Notes under the pieces: model-generated | What the model saw: only the letters and a program-made list of their open reading frames with translations | What the model was told of the DNA's origin: nothing | Database searches by the model: none | NCBI GenBank assembly: GCA_964636085.1 | Contig: CAZWPQ010000022.1 | Location: forward strand, 11,323 to 34,357 | DNA length: 23,035 nt | Direction of reading: 5' to 3' | From: an uncultured Nitrososphaerota archaeon | GTDB lineage: Archaea; Asgardarchaeota; Njordarchaeia; Njordarchaeales; Panguiarchaeaceae | Made by a program: the position numbers and the translations under genes | In this document: positions 8,290 to 18,199 of the stretch, one piece after another | How positions within the stretch are numbered: position 1 is the first letter of the stretch | How the letters are laid out: every line of letters begins with the position of its first letter

Positions 8290-8749
8290 CCTCTATTTTA
8301 AGCTTATATAGATTCCGTAGTAACCATGACCAGATAATTTATATATCTCATTATGGAAGATATGAAGCAATAAATCATAAACCACTTCCCTACTTATTCG
8401 AAGACTTGTGTATAACAAAGAGGGTTTTTAGCGGCGATTATTTGTCAAATGGCGAAGGAAAAATACTAATTGAACAAACTCCACACAGTATACACAGATA
8501 GGATCTGTTATCCATTTTCTTAAAGACTCTTCGACCAAAATGTAAAATGGTATAGGAATCTAAACGTTTATCCTATATAAAGCTTATTACGATTATCCTT
8601 CTTTGTTCTATAAAAAAATTCTACATGGTTTCTCGATCACTGATACAAGCCGTATATAAGGGTCCTTTAATCTACTAGTCGCATCCTTTTTATTGTTTTT
8701 TTCTTTTTCCTTTATTAATGCCTTTCCTCTAGGATTAAGGTGGGAGGTT

Positions 8750-11700
8750 ATGAGGTGTACAAAAACATTCTTAATTCTATTGTTGTTACTTGGTGTCGCC
8801 TATAGCGATGTCAGGTTTGTAAATACTTCACGTGGGGCTAGATACAACAACCCAAGGACACACACAGCGAATGCATTTAGTGAATGGGGTCCTAGTAAGC
8901 ATACTGATCAGCTTCATACGGGATATGATCGCGTTAATCATCACAATATACATTTTGATCGGCTAGCTAAGCTGGATTCTTGGATTGAATCGCGGGCCAT
9001 GGAAGTGGATAAGAGGTTAGAGATTCTAAGAAGGGGGTCTCTCAAGGAACTATATACATCTTGGGTAAGATATGGTGATGATAACGCGGAGGAATCCAAG
9101 ATAAATAAGGTCTTCGGTAGAAGTCCTACGCCACCCTCTAGTGGCGACTGGATTATAGGGGATGAAGTAGTGGTTGTTGAGGATACAACATACATAATTA
9201 ATGGTAGTATCCTAATATTGGATAATGGAACACTCGTTCTGAAGAACTCGACCATAATCATGAACTTGTCGAGTGATGGTCAATATAGGATAGAGGTTAA
9301 TCGGGGAGGAAATCTGACATTGATTAATAGCACAATTACAGCATATAATCCTGCGTATAATTACTATATAAAGGCTGATCTGGGATCAGTATTGTATATC
9401 GATGGTAGTGAGATAAGTCATGCCGGATATGCCTATGGTATAAATGGCGACAGGACAGGGCTATGGATCGGTACTCATAATGTCACAATCAGGGGCTCCT
9501 ATATCCATGATAACTACTTTGGTATTTATATGTATGCCGCGGAAAATGTCACGCTTGAAGACGTTTCTATTGATGGGATTAATACGCCATATGGCATTAT
9601 GATCGATCATACAATAAACGCTACATTATTGAACTGTGAACTATATAACTGTGGAATTGTAATTGATGGAGCAAACAAGAGAGAATTTTTCAGCCACGAC
9701 ATTACTGGTTGTCTAGTGGATGGAGACCCAGTATACTATATTGTGAACCAGACAACCCCCTCACTAGTAGCAGACTTTGGTGAATACATAATAGTTAATT
9801 GTATGGATGTATCAATGGATGGTTTCCTCGTGGAGGGAAAACCAATAGCCATAGAAGTTGCCTATACGTGGATAAATATCTCCAACACAGAGTTTGTAAA
9901 TAATACATACTCAATAATTTCACGTAATTCAGACAATGTCATTGTCCATAAGTCAAGATTCCTAAATTGTAGTAGCGCCATCTATTCTAAAAACACGACC
10001 CTCGAAATACGCTATGGAGTATTCAACAACAGCTATATGCGCCTATACAATACGACAGTACTTCTAGCCAACAGCACAATCAACATTATTACGCCAAACG
10101 AGAAAAACCTAATAGCCGTATATACAGATCACGAAACACGCCTTATGATTCTTAATCTGTCTGTAAACCTTAATGCTGATAGCCAGCAGGTATGTGTGTT
10201 CGAAATAGATGGCTCATTGATAAATATCTCCAACCTACATGTAAATGCTACTGCCAGCAATACATCTGAAGTGTTCATTCTCTATATAGTCAATACCAAG
10301 AGTCCCTCACTCAATAATATAAATGCGTGGGGACACTCCTTCAATGGGAGTACTCTAGCAATTGTAAATGCCAGTAGCGTTCAGGGATCCCTAAATGTAA
10401 ATAATTCAGTATTTTATATATCATGTATGGACTATAACTCGGACACATATGCCGCGGGCCTGAGGATTTATGACACGAATACGATAATCCACAATTCTAG
10501 CTTTCATATCCATGCCACGGGAATGCCTACATCCTATGGTTACTGTGAGGCTATATATGCCAGTACCGCATCGAATGTGCTTGTGGAGAACTGTTCATTC
10601 GATGGTCTTTCCGAGAAAATGTCTTATTATGTGTTTGTCTATAGTGATTTCGTTAACAATCTCACAGTGAAGAATTCTATCATCAACATGTGGGCCTATG
10701 AGGGTACCTACTGGACTACTGCTTTTGATTGTTTTTTGACATCATTCTATATGGATAACGTGACAATCTATGGAGATTTCTATGGCTTTGCTCCTCCAGA
10801 TCTGTATGATACATACTATAGCTCTTACTTTGGCTTAGTAGGCTTCCTCCACATGTCGGAGATATCCATAACCAATACAAAGATCGATGTCTTAACTAGG
10901 GGGTTTGCATTGCAGATACTCCTGTTCAATGTTGATGGAGATATGAGCCTCGAAAATATCACATTGGACAATAAGCTTTATGATGATGGATTCTCCGTGG
11001 GTATATTTGACAATTATGCGGTGACAACAATCGACAGACTCAATGTGAGTGTTCGTATGTTTAATGACTCATTCACATATATTATCTATAGCAACTATAA
11101 TTCCAGTGTTTATGTAGGCAACACTACTGCTACAGGCGAGATGTACAATAATTCATACTTGATATTCATGGCTACGGCAAGGAAGTCCAACGACTCGGTG
11201 ACTAATGTGGTTCTTAACTTAACGCTATATAACATATCGGTTGTTCAAATATTTAGACCAGCGGGTGGCTACATAAATATTAGACAGTGTTGGGCCACAT
11301 TACATACATATGACCTAGCTAGCCCCTACTTTGTGTACACACTCATTAGCTATAAGCCATGGTCGCCAACGTACTTTGGTCCATCTCAAATAATTATATA
11401 TGATACTGTTGTCGAAAATACTGGGCCGAAATGGGGTACCGGAATAGTGGTTCTTAATGATTCCAGGATAGTTCTCAATAATACATACATAGAAGGCTTT
11501 GATAGGGGTCTATACATCTATAACTGTAACTCCTGTGTGATTTCATATAATGGATTTGTTGATGTTGCCGTATCCTCAGTAGTCTTGGAATCATGTCTGA
11601 ACATATCACTTGAGAATAATATTATAAATGGTAGCCTATTCGGGGTAATACTGGATTCCTCAGTCGATATTACGCTAGATGCCAACAAGCTTTGGAACAC

Positions 11701-14700
11701 TGGAATCATTCTCTATGGAGAAGATGCCGAGCATTTTGCTTCTCATACAATTACAACCAGTAACAAAGTGAATGGAAAAATAGTATACTATGTCGCCAAT
11801 ATGAATGGGTACAGCGTCCCAATCGCAGCTGGCCAAGTAATAATAGCAAACTCATCAAGCATAACAGTCTCTGGTGTCGACATATCAAACACAACAGTAG
11901 CGGTTGAGGTAGCATACAGTACAGATATAACTGTCATGGACTCTAAATTCAGCAATAGCATGATAGGACTATACCTCGTATATACAAACGACACGACAGT
12001 TACAAATAACGAATTTACGCGATGTGGGATATTCGTGATGTACTCATTCAACAACTCTGTTGATAACAATAAAGTAAACTCCAAGCCCCTATTATATGTT
12101 GAAAACGCTAGGAGATTGGACATAACAGGAGAATATGGCCAAATAATAGTCGTCAACTCAAAATACATTACAGTAAGAGATACGATGATTGCAAATACTA
12201 CCATTGGGATAGAATTCTTCGGTGTCGATAATTCCTCAATACTGGACTCCAGCATTAGCAATACAACATTATATGGCATTGGCATAATCTCGTCAATAGG
12301 TTCTGATACTATAAACAATATCATTAAGGGAGATCGGCTACATAGCGCGGGGATATATATGGAAAATTCAATCGACTGTAGTGTCGTCTCTAACGATATA
12401 AGATACACGGAGAGGGGTATCGATATTAGGGGGTCGTCAAACACAGAAGTCTCTAATAATAATATTGACTCATGTAGACTGAGCGGAATATATATTGAGC
12501 AGGCAAATAAAACTAGAATCAGCGAAAACATCATCATAGGTAGTAGGAACAACATCTACATCTATGGATCCCAAAACAATATTATTATCAAAAACCGTGT
12601 TGAGAACGCTGGAGTGAATGGTTTATACATATACATGAGTCCATATATCAACATAACGCATAATGTATTAACAATGAATAAGTATAGAGGAGCCTCCATA
12701 TCATTCTCTGGAAATCTAACAATTATTAAGAACAACATAACATATAATGGCGCCCCATGGACCACCTCATGCGGTATAGCGATCCGTAATTCCGAAGATG
12801 CGAGGATATACCTGAATAACTTTATCGGAAACTCCAAACATGTAACAGCCAATTCAGGAAAATTTGATGATGGATTCATAGGTAACTACTGGGACGACTA
12901 TGTAGATGTTGACTCCGATAGTGATGGTATTTGGGATAACCCCTACAACGTATATAAAGACATCTATGATAACTACTCGCTAGTTAATCCCGTTGTCAAT
13001 ACTCCAAAATTTGATGAACTGATAGAGACCCCTCTGAGTAATAGAAGTGTAAAAATACAGGCAAGGGTCAGCGATCCCCACGGCATAGAGGCTGTGGTTC
13101 TAAGGTACTATAATGGGAGCTCATGGATAACATTAGCTATGACGTATAACTCATCATCCGGGTACTACGAAGCCACAATCCCCCCACTGGATATTGGAAC
13201 AAATGTAGCAGTAAAAGTATATGCGAGAAGTGCGATGGACTACTGGAATATGAGTAATATCTTCACATATGAGGTCAAGGAGGATATGTCGCCGCCAACA
13301 TTTTATGAGATTCTAAGACAACCAGAACAACCCACAGATGAGGAATCCGTCACAATACTTGTAGACGTTGATGATGAAAGTGGCGTATCCAACATAATCC
13401 TGAGCTACAATGATGGGTCAGCATGGATAAATGTAAGCATGACCTATGTTCCCACAATAAGATACTATAAAGCGGTAATTCCAACATATCCAGCAGGAAC
13501 AATAATATTCTACAAGGTCTATGCGTGTGATACATATGAAAACTGGGCTGTGAGTAGCACGTATAACTACACCGTTATTGAAAGAAACTTACCAGAAATA
13601 CTATATGTTGAAAGATCCATAGAAAACCCCTCGGATGTAGACACGGTCAGGATAATTGCGGATATAGTCGATGAGAGCGGCGTATCAGAAGCCATTCTTA
13701 GCTACAATGACGGGGCATTCTGGAAAAACATTACAATGGTATATAACACATCAACGGGCCTCTATGAAGCAACAATACCTCCATACCCAGCGGGGACAAC
13801 GATAAGGTATATGATCTACGCGGTGGATATCTACGAAAATTGGGCCATTAGCGACATATATGAGTATACAGTCATAGAGACTAGGCCCCCAGTAATATAC
13901 GAGGTACAAAGACTTGTTGAGACACCTACGGATGTTGATCCGGTCAAAATTATTGTAAATGCTACTGACGACAGTGCTATATCAGAAGTAATACTCTGTT
14001 ACTTTGATGGTTACTATTGGAACAATATTACAATGGTATATAACACAAGTACGGGACTATATGAGGCTACTATTCCACCACAATCATCTGGCACCCATGT
14101 ATTCTACAAGGTTTATGCTATTGATATATATGGCAACACTGCTACTAGTAGCGAATATAATTATATGGTTATAGAACTTAGGCCTCCCGCAATACTTAGT
14201 GTTTTAAGAGACATTGAGAGGCCTAGCGATAACGATGTGGTCATCATTATGGCAAATGTTACTGATGATAGTGGAATATCGGAGGTCATTCTTTGCTACT
14301 ATAATGGTAGCGACTGGATAAATGTCTCAATGGTTTACAACTCAACAACGGGTTATTATGAGGCTACAATTCCACAACTCCCCGCGGGAACATACGTGGA
14401 GTACTATGTCTATGCAACCGATATCTATGGAAACTCTGCAAAGAGTACAACATATTGGTATACGGTGATAGAGCTTAATCCCCCCGTAATCCATAACGTT
14501 ACGAGAAGCATAGAGGAACCAACGGAGGGCGAGTCTGTGGAAATATATGTAAGTGCTGAAGATGATAGCGGCATAGCATATGTAATCCTAAGCTATTCTG
14601 ATGGACACAGTTGGTACAATATAACGATGACATACAACAATACAACCCAACTCTATGAGGCATTGATCCCTAGATATCCAGCAGGAACAACAATAGAGTA

Positions 14701-14899
14701 CTGTGTCTATGTCTATGACATATACGGAAACTATGTTGTGAGCGATTTAAGTAGCTACACTGTTAAGACTATGACAGAAACAACGAAGGCGGCCCTACCA
14801 CTACCGCCAATCATTATTGCGATTTCCGCAATAGCAGCTCTGGTCATAGTTGCCGCAATACTATTCTTACGCAAAAAGAAGACACCTCAGACAGAGTAA
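8750..14899 (+). CDS. Giant cell-surface glycoprotein: signal peptide, right-handed parallel beta-helix (NosD/CASH-like) region, six tandem Ig-like repeats, C-terminal TM anchor
   Basis: The true start is likely ATG 8750, preceded by SD GGAGGT (8743-8748) and giving signal peptide MRCTKTFLILLLLLGVAYS. PbH1-type repeats with three N/LVN/DGKP(V/L)YY-like motifs. NosD-type terminal motif IGNYWDDY..VDSDSDGIWDNPY. Six ~99-aa repeats. Anchor PPIIIAISAIAALVIVAAILFL-RKKK. Many N-x-S/T sequons. Confidence 0.88.
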   Translation: MRCTKTFLILLLLLGVAYSDVRFVNTSRGARYNNPRTHTANAFSEWGPSKHTDQLHTGYDRVNHHNIHFDRLAKLDSWIESRAMEVDKRLEILRRGSLKELYTSWVRYGDDNAEESKINKVFGRSPTPPSSGDWIIGDEVVVVEDTTYIINGSILILDNGTLVLKNSTIIMNLSSDGQYRIEVNRGGNLTLINSTITAYNPAYNYYIKADLGSVLYIDGSEISHAGYAYGINGDRTGLWIGTHNVTIRGSYIHDNYFGIYMYAAENVTLEDVSIDGINTPYGIMIDHTINATLLNCELYNCGIVIDGANKREFFSHDITGCLVDGDPVYYIVNQTTPSLVADFGEYIIVNCMDVSMDGFLVEGKPIAIEVAYTWINISNTEFVNNTYSIISRNSDNVIVHKSRFLNCSSAIYSKNTTLEIRYGVFNNSYMRLYNTTVLLANSTINIITPNEKNLIAVYTDHETRLMILNLSVNLNADSQQVCVFEIDGSLINISNLHVNATASNTSEVFILYIVNTKSPSLNNINAWGHSFNGSTLAIVNASSVQGSLNVNNSVFYISCMDYNSDTYAAGLRIYDTNTIIHNSSFHIHATGMPTSYGYCEAIYASTASNVLVENCSFDGLSEKMSYYVFVYSDFVNNLTVKNSIINMWAYEGTYWTTAFDCFLTSFYMDNVTIYGDFYGFAPPDLYDTYYSSYFGLVGFLHMSEISITNTKIDVLTRGFALQILLFNVDGDMSLENITLDNKLYDDGFSVGIFDNYAVTTIDRLNVSVRMFNDSFTYIIYSNYNSSVYVGNTTATGEMYNNSYLIFMATARKSNDSVTNVVLNLTLYNISVVQIFRPAGGYINIRQCWATLHTYDLASPYFVYTLISYKPWSPTYFGPSQIIIYDTVVENTGPKWGTGIVVLNDSRIVLNNTYIEGFDRGLYIYNCNSCVISYNGFVDVAVSSVVLESCLNISLENNIINGSLFGVILDSSVDITLDANKLWNTGIILYGEDAEHFASHTITTSNKVNGKIVYYVANMNGYSVPIAAGQVIIANSSSITVSGVDISNTTVAVEVAYSTDITVMDSKFSNSMIGLYLVYTNDTTVTNNEFTRCGIFVMYSFNNSVDNNKVNSKPLLYVENARRLDITGEYGQIIVVNSKYITVRDTMIANTTIGIEFFGVDNSSILDSSISNTTLYGIGIISSIGSDTINNIIKGDRLHSAGIYMENSIDCSVVSNDIRYTERGIDIRGSSNTEVSNNNIDSCRLSGIYIEQANKTRISENIIIGSRNNIYIYGSQNNIIIKNRVENAGVNGLYIYMSPYINITHNVLTMNKYRGASISFSGNLTIIKNNITYNGAPWTTSCGIAIRNSEDARIYLNNFIGNSKHVTANSGKFDDGFIGNYWDDYVDVDSDSDGIWDNPYNVYKDIYDNYSLVNPVVNTPKFDELIETPLSNRSVKIQARVSDPHGIEAVVLRYYNGSSWITLAMTYNSSSGYYEATIPPLDIGTNVAVKVYARSAMDYWNMSNIFTYEVKEDMSPPTFYEILRQPEQPTDEESVTILVDVDDESGVSNIILSYNDGSAWINVSMTYVPTIRYYKAVIPTYPAGTIIFYKVYACDTYENWAVSSTYNYTVIERNLPEILYVERSIENPSDVDTVRIIADIVDESGVSEAILSYNDGAFWKNITMVYNTSTGLYEATIPPYPAGTTIRYMIYAVDIYENWAISDIYEYTVIETRPPVIYEVQRLVETPTDVDPVKIIVNATDDSAISEVILCYFDGYYWNNITMVYNTSTGLYEATIPPQSSGTHVFYKVYAIDIYGNTATSSEYNYMVIELRPPAILSVLRDIERPSDNDVVIIMANVTDDSGISEVILCYYNGSDWINVSMVYNSTTGYYEATIPQLPAGTYVEYYVYATDIYGNSAKSTTYWYTVIELNPPVIHNVTRSIEEPTEGESVEIYVSAEDDSGIAYVILSYSDGHSWYNITMTYNNTTQLYEALIPRYPAGTTIEYCVYVYDIYGNYVVSDLSSYTVKTMTETTKAALPLPPIIIAISAIAALVIVAAILFLRKKKTPQTE
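13001..14767 (+). repeat. Six tandem ~99-aa Ig-like stalk repeats in the giant surface protein
   Basis: Consensus PP.I..V.R..E.P.....V.I...V.DDSGIS.VIL.Y.DG..W.N(I/V)(T/S)M.YN..TG.YEATIP..PAGT.(I/V).Y.VYA.DIY(G/E)N...S..Y.YTVIE, repeated six times and diverged at the DNA level. Confidence 0.9.
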
Positions 14900-14975
14900 A
14901 CATTTCTTTTATTTTCCTTTTTGAGCTCGGATATGACTATATACACTTATAGCCGAATTGTTGTTTCATTGTTAT

Positions 14976-17216
14976 TTATTTTCCTAGGAGTTGTTTTATC
15001 AGGCTATATGCGCTTTTTGCCATCTCTAAGAATGTGTCGTATCTTTCATCTTTCTTTGTTGCTAATGCTCTAACAACGATCTGATCCACATCTTTTGGAA
15101 GGTTTCTATTCACATTGCTGGGTAATACAAAGCGACCCAGAATTTTCTGGTTAATTATCTCTACAGGACTCCCAACAAAGGGGGGCCTGCCAGTCAATAA
15201 TTCATAAAGTATTACTCCTACTTGGTATATGTCTGTTCTCTCATCTGGCTGTCCAAAATATCTACTATCGATCTGTTCGGGTGCTGCATAGATTAGGGTA
15301 ATTGCTGGGACCGATGATGTGGTTGATAGGAGCTCAATTTTTGCTGTGCCGAAATCTCCAATCTTGGGCATCCCATTTAGGTCTAGCAGTATATTTTCAG
15401 GCTTTAAGTCGAAATGTCTTATACCTAACATGTGGACTTGGTGCATTGTTTTTGATACATAATATACGAGACTGAGTGAATGAATAACATTATAGCGCCC
15501 GATATATTTTCTCAGGCTTCCCCCAGCCACGTATTCCATCACAAACCATGGAAATGGCTCGAAGCTGTACTCAACAATATTGACTATGCCCTTGATATTC
15601 TTCTTAGATAATAAAGCCCATATCTCTATCTCTCTTTTGTATTTTTCCAATAATTCGAAGCTTACTGTCTGTAGCGTATTTACGAATTTGGGGATTTTAA
15701 GGGCATAATACTTGTTGTTTTTTATGACTTTATAGACGATGCTAAAACCACCCTCTCCTATAACCCCGATCACGTCGTAGTCTCTGAACTTTTTATCTTT
15801 AATATAGAAAACATCAGCCACAGGGGCTAGTGGTGCGGATTTGTATAGGTCCTCATGCGCTTTTTTAAGTTCTTTTCTTAGGTAGACTGTATCGAAGACA
15901 TCTCGTTGTGGTTTATATTGGATATCAGCCACAGGTTTTTCCTCAGCACCGGATATTATGCCCCTGCCTAAGTCTATTTTGACGTCTATAAGTCCCATAT
16001 CCATAGCATCTTCTATTAGATCGAGAACCATGTTTTTTCCGATTTGGAATTTTTCTGCTAGATATTCTAAGGTTAGGTTGCTGTATTTCGACAATAGATT
16101 TCTTAGCTTCTTTGCAAATTCATCTATATCTGGCTTAGCTATCTCAAATTCGAGGCTAAAATCATTCTCAAATCTTCTACCACCCACGTTATAGGTAATA
16201 CTACCAGAAATCATCGACGGGCCAAATTTTTTTGGAATTATCTGGATTTTCACATCCTTCTTAGAATCCTTCCCAATAGAGCCGAGGCTTATCCTAGTTG
16301 TGTCTACATCATATGAAGCGGATCCATCAATATGAAGAGTAACATCAGACACATCGACAGGCGAATGCAATGACAATACAAGGAACTGTTCGCTCCCAGC
16401 ATGGAATGTCTTAGTAGCGATATCAACGCTAAGAGATGGTGCCAAGATCTCTGAAGGAATGTGGACTTTAATAGTATCCCTTGCGTCATCGAAATATCTT
16501 ATATAAAAATAGGCGTAGGGGTCTGAAACACTAAGAAAGTCACATATCCCGCTTGTATAAACCTTTACTATGTCCTTGTGTAGAATTATCCTACTAAATG
16601 ATCTGGATACTCCTAGGAAGGGTATCTCCACGCGCTCTAAGATTCCAGTACCTCCACGAACCTCAAAGCTTATTGTGAAACTATAATTCTTACCAAGAGT
16701 AAACCTGACTGTGGATGGCCGAACCAGTCTTATGGTTGGTTTCCTGTAATTATACTTTAGCGCCGATTTACCGATAGTAAAACTGGTTATGTATTCAGAC
16801 TTACCACTTCCGATCCTATAGACATTAAATTTAAATGTTTTGTCCCTCCAGTATATATAACCAAAAATCGTTCTCAAAACAGCCACAGCTACTCCCACAC
16901 GAGGAGAGATGTCACTATCCAACTTTAGGTTCATATCTAGGGCATATTCATAGAACTCCTCCTCCTTGTAGGGATCAAAAATGTTTCCGGTTCTGACATG
17001 TCGAGTCCTCCTAATCCGCTTACCACCAACCTCTTTCATTATATCATTAATTAATTCTTCATCGATGTCTGAGCTATTAATAATTGTATCCTCTCCAATA
17101 GCCCCTATGTTTGCACTTAGATTTAAACTGGAGAATAGTATATCCTTTAATTCGTTCATTGCGCCATTAGGAAAAACAATATGATATTTAGCGGCTCTAA
17201 AAGGCTCAGATGACAA
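14976..17216 (-). CDS. Cytoplasmic Hanks-type Ser/Thr protein kinase with N-terminal unknown region, Ig-like (CARDB/COG1361-like) domains and a PCI-like winged helix
   Basis: Kinase motifs GEGGFSIV, YALK, E of helix C (KREIE), HFDLKPENILLD, IGDFG, YAAPEQ, TDIYQVG and TGRPPF. Ig-like segment APSLSVDI...GSEQFLVLSL...ISGSITYNVGG. PCI-like segment KYSNLTLEYLAEKFQIGKNMVLDLIEDAMDMGLIDVKIDLGRGII. TTG start with GGGGA SD. No TM segment. Confidence 0.9.
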   Translation of the reverse strand: MSSEPFRAAKYHIVFPNGAMNELKDILFSSLNLSANIGAIGEDTIINSSDIDEELINDIMKEVGGKRIRRTRHVRTGNIFDPYKEEEFYEYALDMNLKLDSDISPRVGVAVAVLRTIFGYIYWRDKTFKFNVYRIGSGKSEYITSFTIGKSALKYNYRKPTIRLVRPSTVRFTLGKNYSFTISFEVRGGTGILERVEIPFLGVSRSFSRIILHKDIVKVYTSGICDFLSVSDPYAYFYIRYFDDARDTIKVHIPSEILAPSLSVDIATKTFHAGSEQFLVLSLHSPVDVSDVTLHIDGSASYDVDTTRISLGSIGKDSKKDVKIQIIPKKFGPSMISGSITYNVGGRRFENDFSLEFEIAKPDIDEFAKKLRNLLSKYSNLTLEYLAEKFQIGKNMVLDLIEDAMDMGLIDVKIDLGRGIISGAEEKPVADIQYKPQRDVFDTVYLRKELKKAHEDLYKSAPLAPVADVFYIKDKKFRDYDVIGVIGEGGFSIVYKVIKNNKYYALKIPKFVNTLQTVSFELLEKYKREIEIWALLSKKNIKGIVNIVEYSFEPFPWFVMEYVAGGSLRKYIGRYNVIHSLSLVYYVSKTMHQVHMLGIRHFDLKPENILLDLNGMPKIGDFGTAKIELLSTTSSVPAITLIYAAPEQIDSRYFGQPDERTDIYQVGVILYELLTGRPPFVGSPVEIINQKILGRFVLPSNVNRNLPKDVDQIVVRALATKKDERYDTFLEMAKSAYSLIKQLLGK

Positions 17217-17425
17217 ATTGAATCCCCTATATTTATATGTAAAAATAAAAAATTTAAGTTAAAGCTATCATTTGTTTTAGATCGGTGTTTTTTAGCGTCT
17301 AAAGTTATTGTATTCGGCTTCTTAGATCCGTTGGTGGTTTAGAAATGCTCATGTATCCACAGTGTTTTTTGTCAAATCCATGCCCTTATATATTGTTGGA
17401 GTCTTTCTTCTTTTAGGCGTCTTAA

Positions 17426-17968
17426 ATGGTAGAAAGGGTTGTAAAATTTGACCGCACAACCGAGAGGTTTGATCGCGGAAAAATCGTAAGGAGCATAATG
17501 AGTGCCGGGGGCTCTAGAACACTCGCAGAGAGAATTGCCTATGTTGTAGAAGAGAGGCTTAGAGACAAACCGGAAGCAACTACGATGCATATAAGAAGAA
17601 TCGTATTAACAGAGCTTGGGAGACTAGATAACGATGTGAAGGACTCATTTCTATTCTATGATAGGGTAATGAAAGGGAGAATAACATATGAAACAGGGAA
17701 ATTCTTTATTGTCAGGGACGGGGACCTTATCCTTGGGGGGAGTACTCAGAAAACTAGACCGAGAAAAATCGCTCATATTGACGATGTTCGCTGTCTAATA
17801 GAAGAACTTAGCGAAGATTTATGGATCGGTGGAATTAGTAGGAAGAACGCAGAAAGGAGAAGCAAGATACTTATTGATGCGATTAGAGATAGTACGATGA
17901 GCAAGGACGACAAGGAATACGCAATAAGACTCGTGACGGATTTTAGACAAGGTTTATTTAGAGAGTAG
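17426..17968 (+). CDS. ATP-cone domain protein with an uncharacterised C-terminal domain
   Basis: N-terminal VVKFDRTTERFDRGKIVRSIMSAG...AERIA..V......ATTMHIRRIVLTEL matches the ATP-cone pattern (V.KRDG..E.FD..KI...I..A...T.EI...V...L). The C-terminal half (KGRITYE.GKF) resembles, from memory, small Thermococcales-type ATP-cone proteins; this was not verified. Confidence 0.78.
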   Translation: MVERVVKFDRTTERFDRGKIVRSIMSAGGSRTLAERIAYVVEERLRDKPEATTMHIRRIVLTELGRLDNDVKDSFLFYDRVMKGRITYETGKFFIVRDGDLILGGSTQKTRPRKIAHIDDVRCLIEELSEDLWIGGISRKNAERRSKILIDAIRDSTMSKDDKEYAIRLVTDFRQGLFRE

Positions 17969-17982
17969 ATAAAAAGTCCTGT

Positions 17983-18008
17983 GGGGATAAAGTTCCCCTT
18001 CTTTTTCT
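17983..18008 (+). terminator. Hairpin + pyrimidine tract downstream of the ATP-cone gene
   Basis: gggga-taaagt-tcccc followed by ttctttttct, 15 nt after the stop. Confidence 0.5.
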
Positions 18009-18067
18009 ATGCTGGATGCTATAGATAGGGAATTTAGATATAAAGAAAAAATCTTGGTTCTTAGTAG

Positions 18068-18085
18068 ACCGCAAGGGGTTGCGGT
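18068..18085. terminator. GC-rich perfect hairpin between convergent genes
   Basis: accgcaa-gggg-ttgcggt followed by acgttgttttttc. Confidence 0.4.
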
Positions 18086-18199
18086 ACGTTGTTTTTTCAA
18101 AATTGGGGAGAGTTTGCGTTATGCGGGGAGGTAATTAGATGTAATTTGTCAGATAAAGGATAAAAATATGAACATTCCCAAGATGGCCATAGTGATATA

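Noticed and set aside
8693-8749. TTG start of the 2068-aa ORF
   Set aside because: ATG 8750 has a strong SD (GGAGGT) and yields a clean signal peptide; the upstream extension is T-rich non-coding-like sequence.
11788-12879. Long antisense ORFs (255 aa, 105 aa) and other shadow ORFs such as 1574-2152, 8941-9261, 4436-4675 and 19557-19778
   Set aside because: They lie entirely within well-supported genes, mostly on the opposite strand, have no motifs, and are the expected by-product of biased codon usage in repetitive beta-rich proteins.
13001-14767. Diversity-generating retroelement TR/VR pair among the repeats
   Set aside because: Repeats differ at all base types rather than only at adenines, and no reverse transcriptase is encoded in the window.
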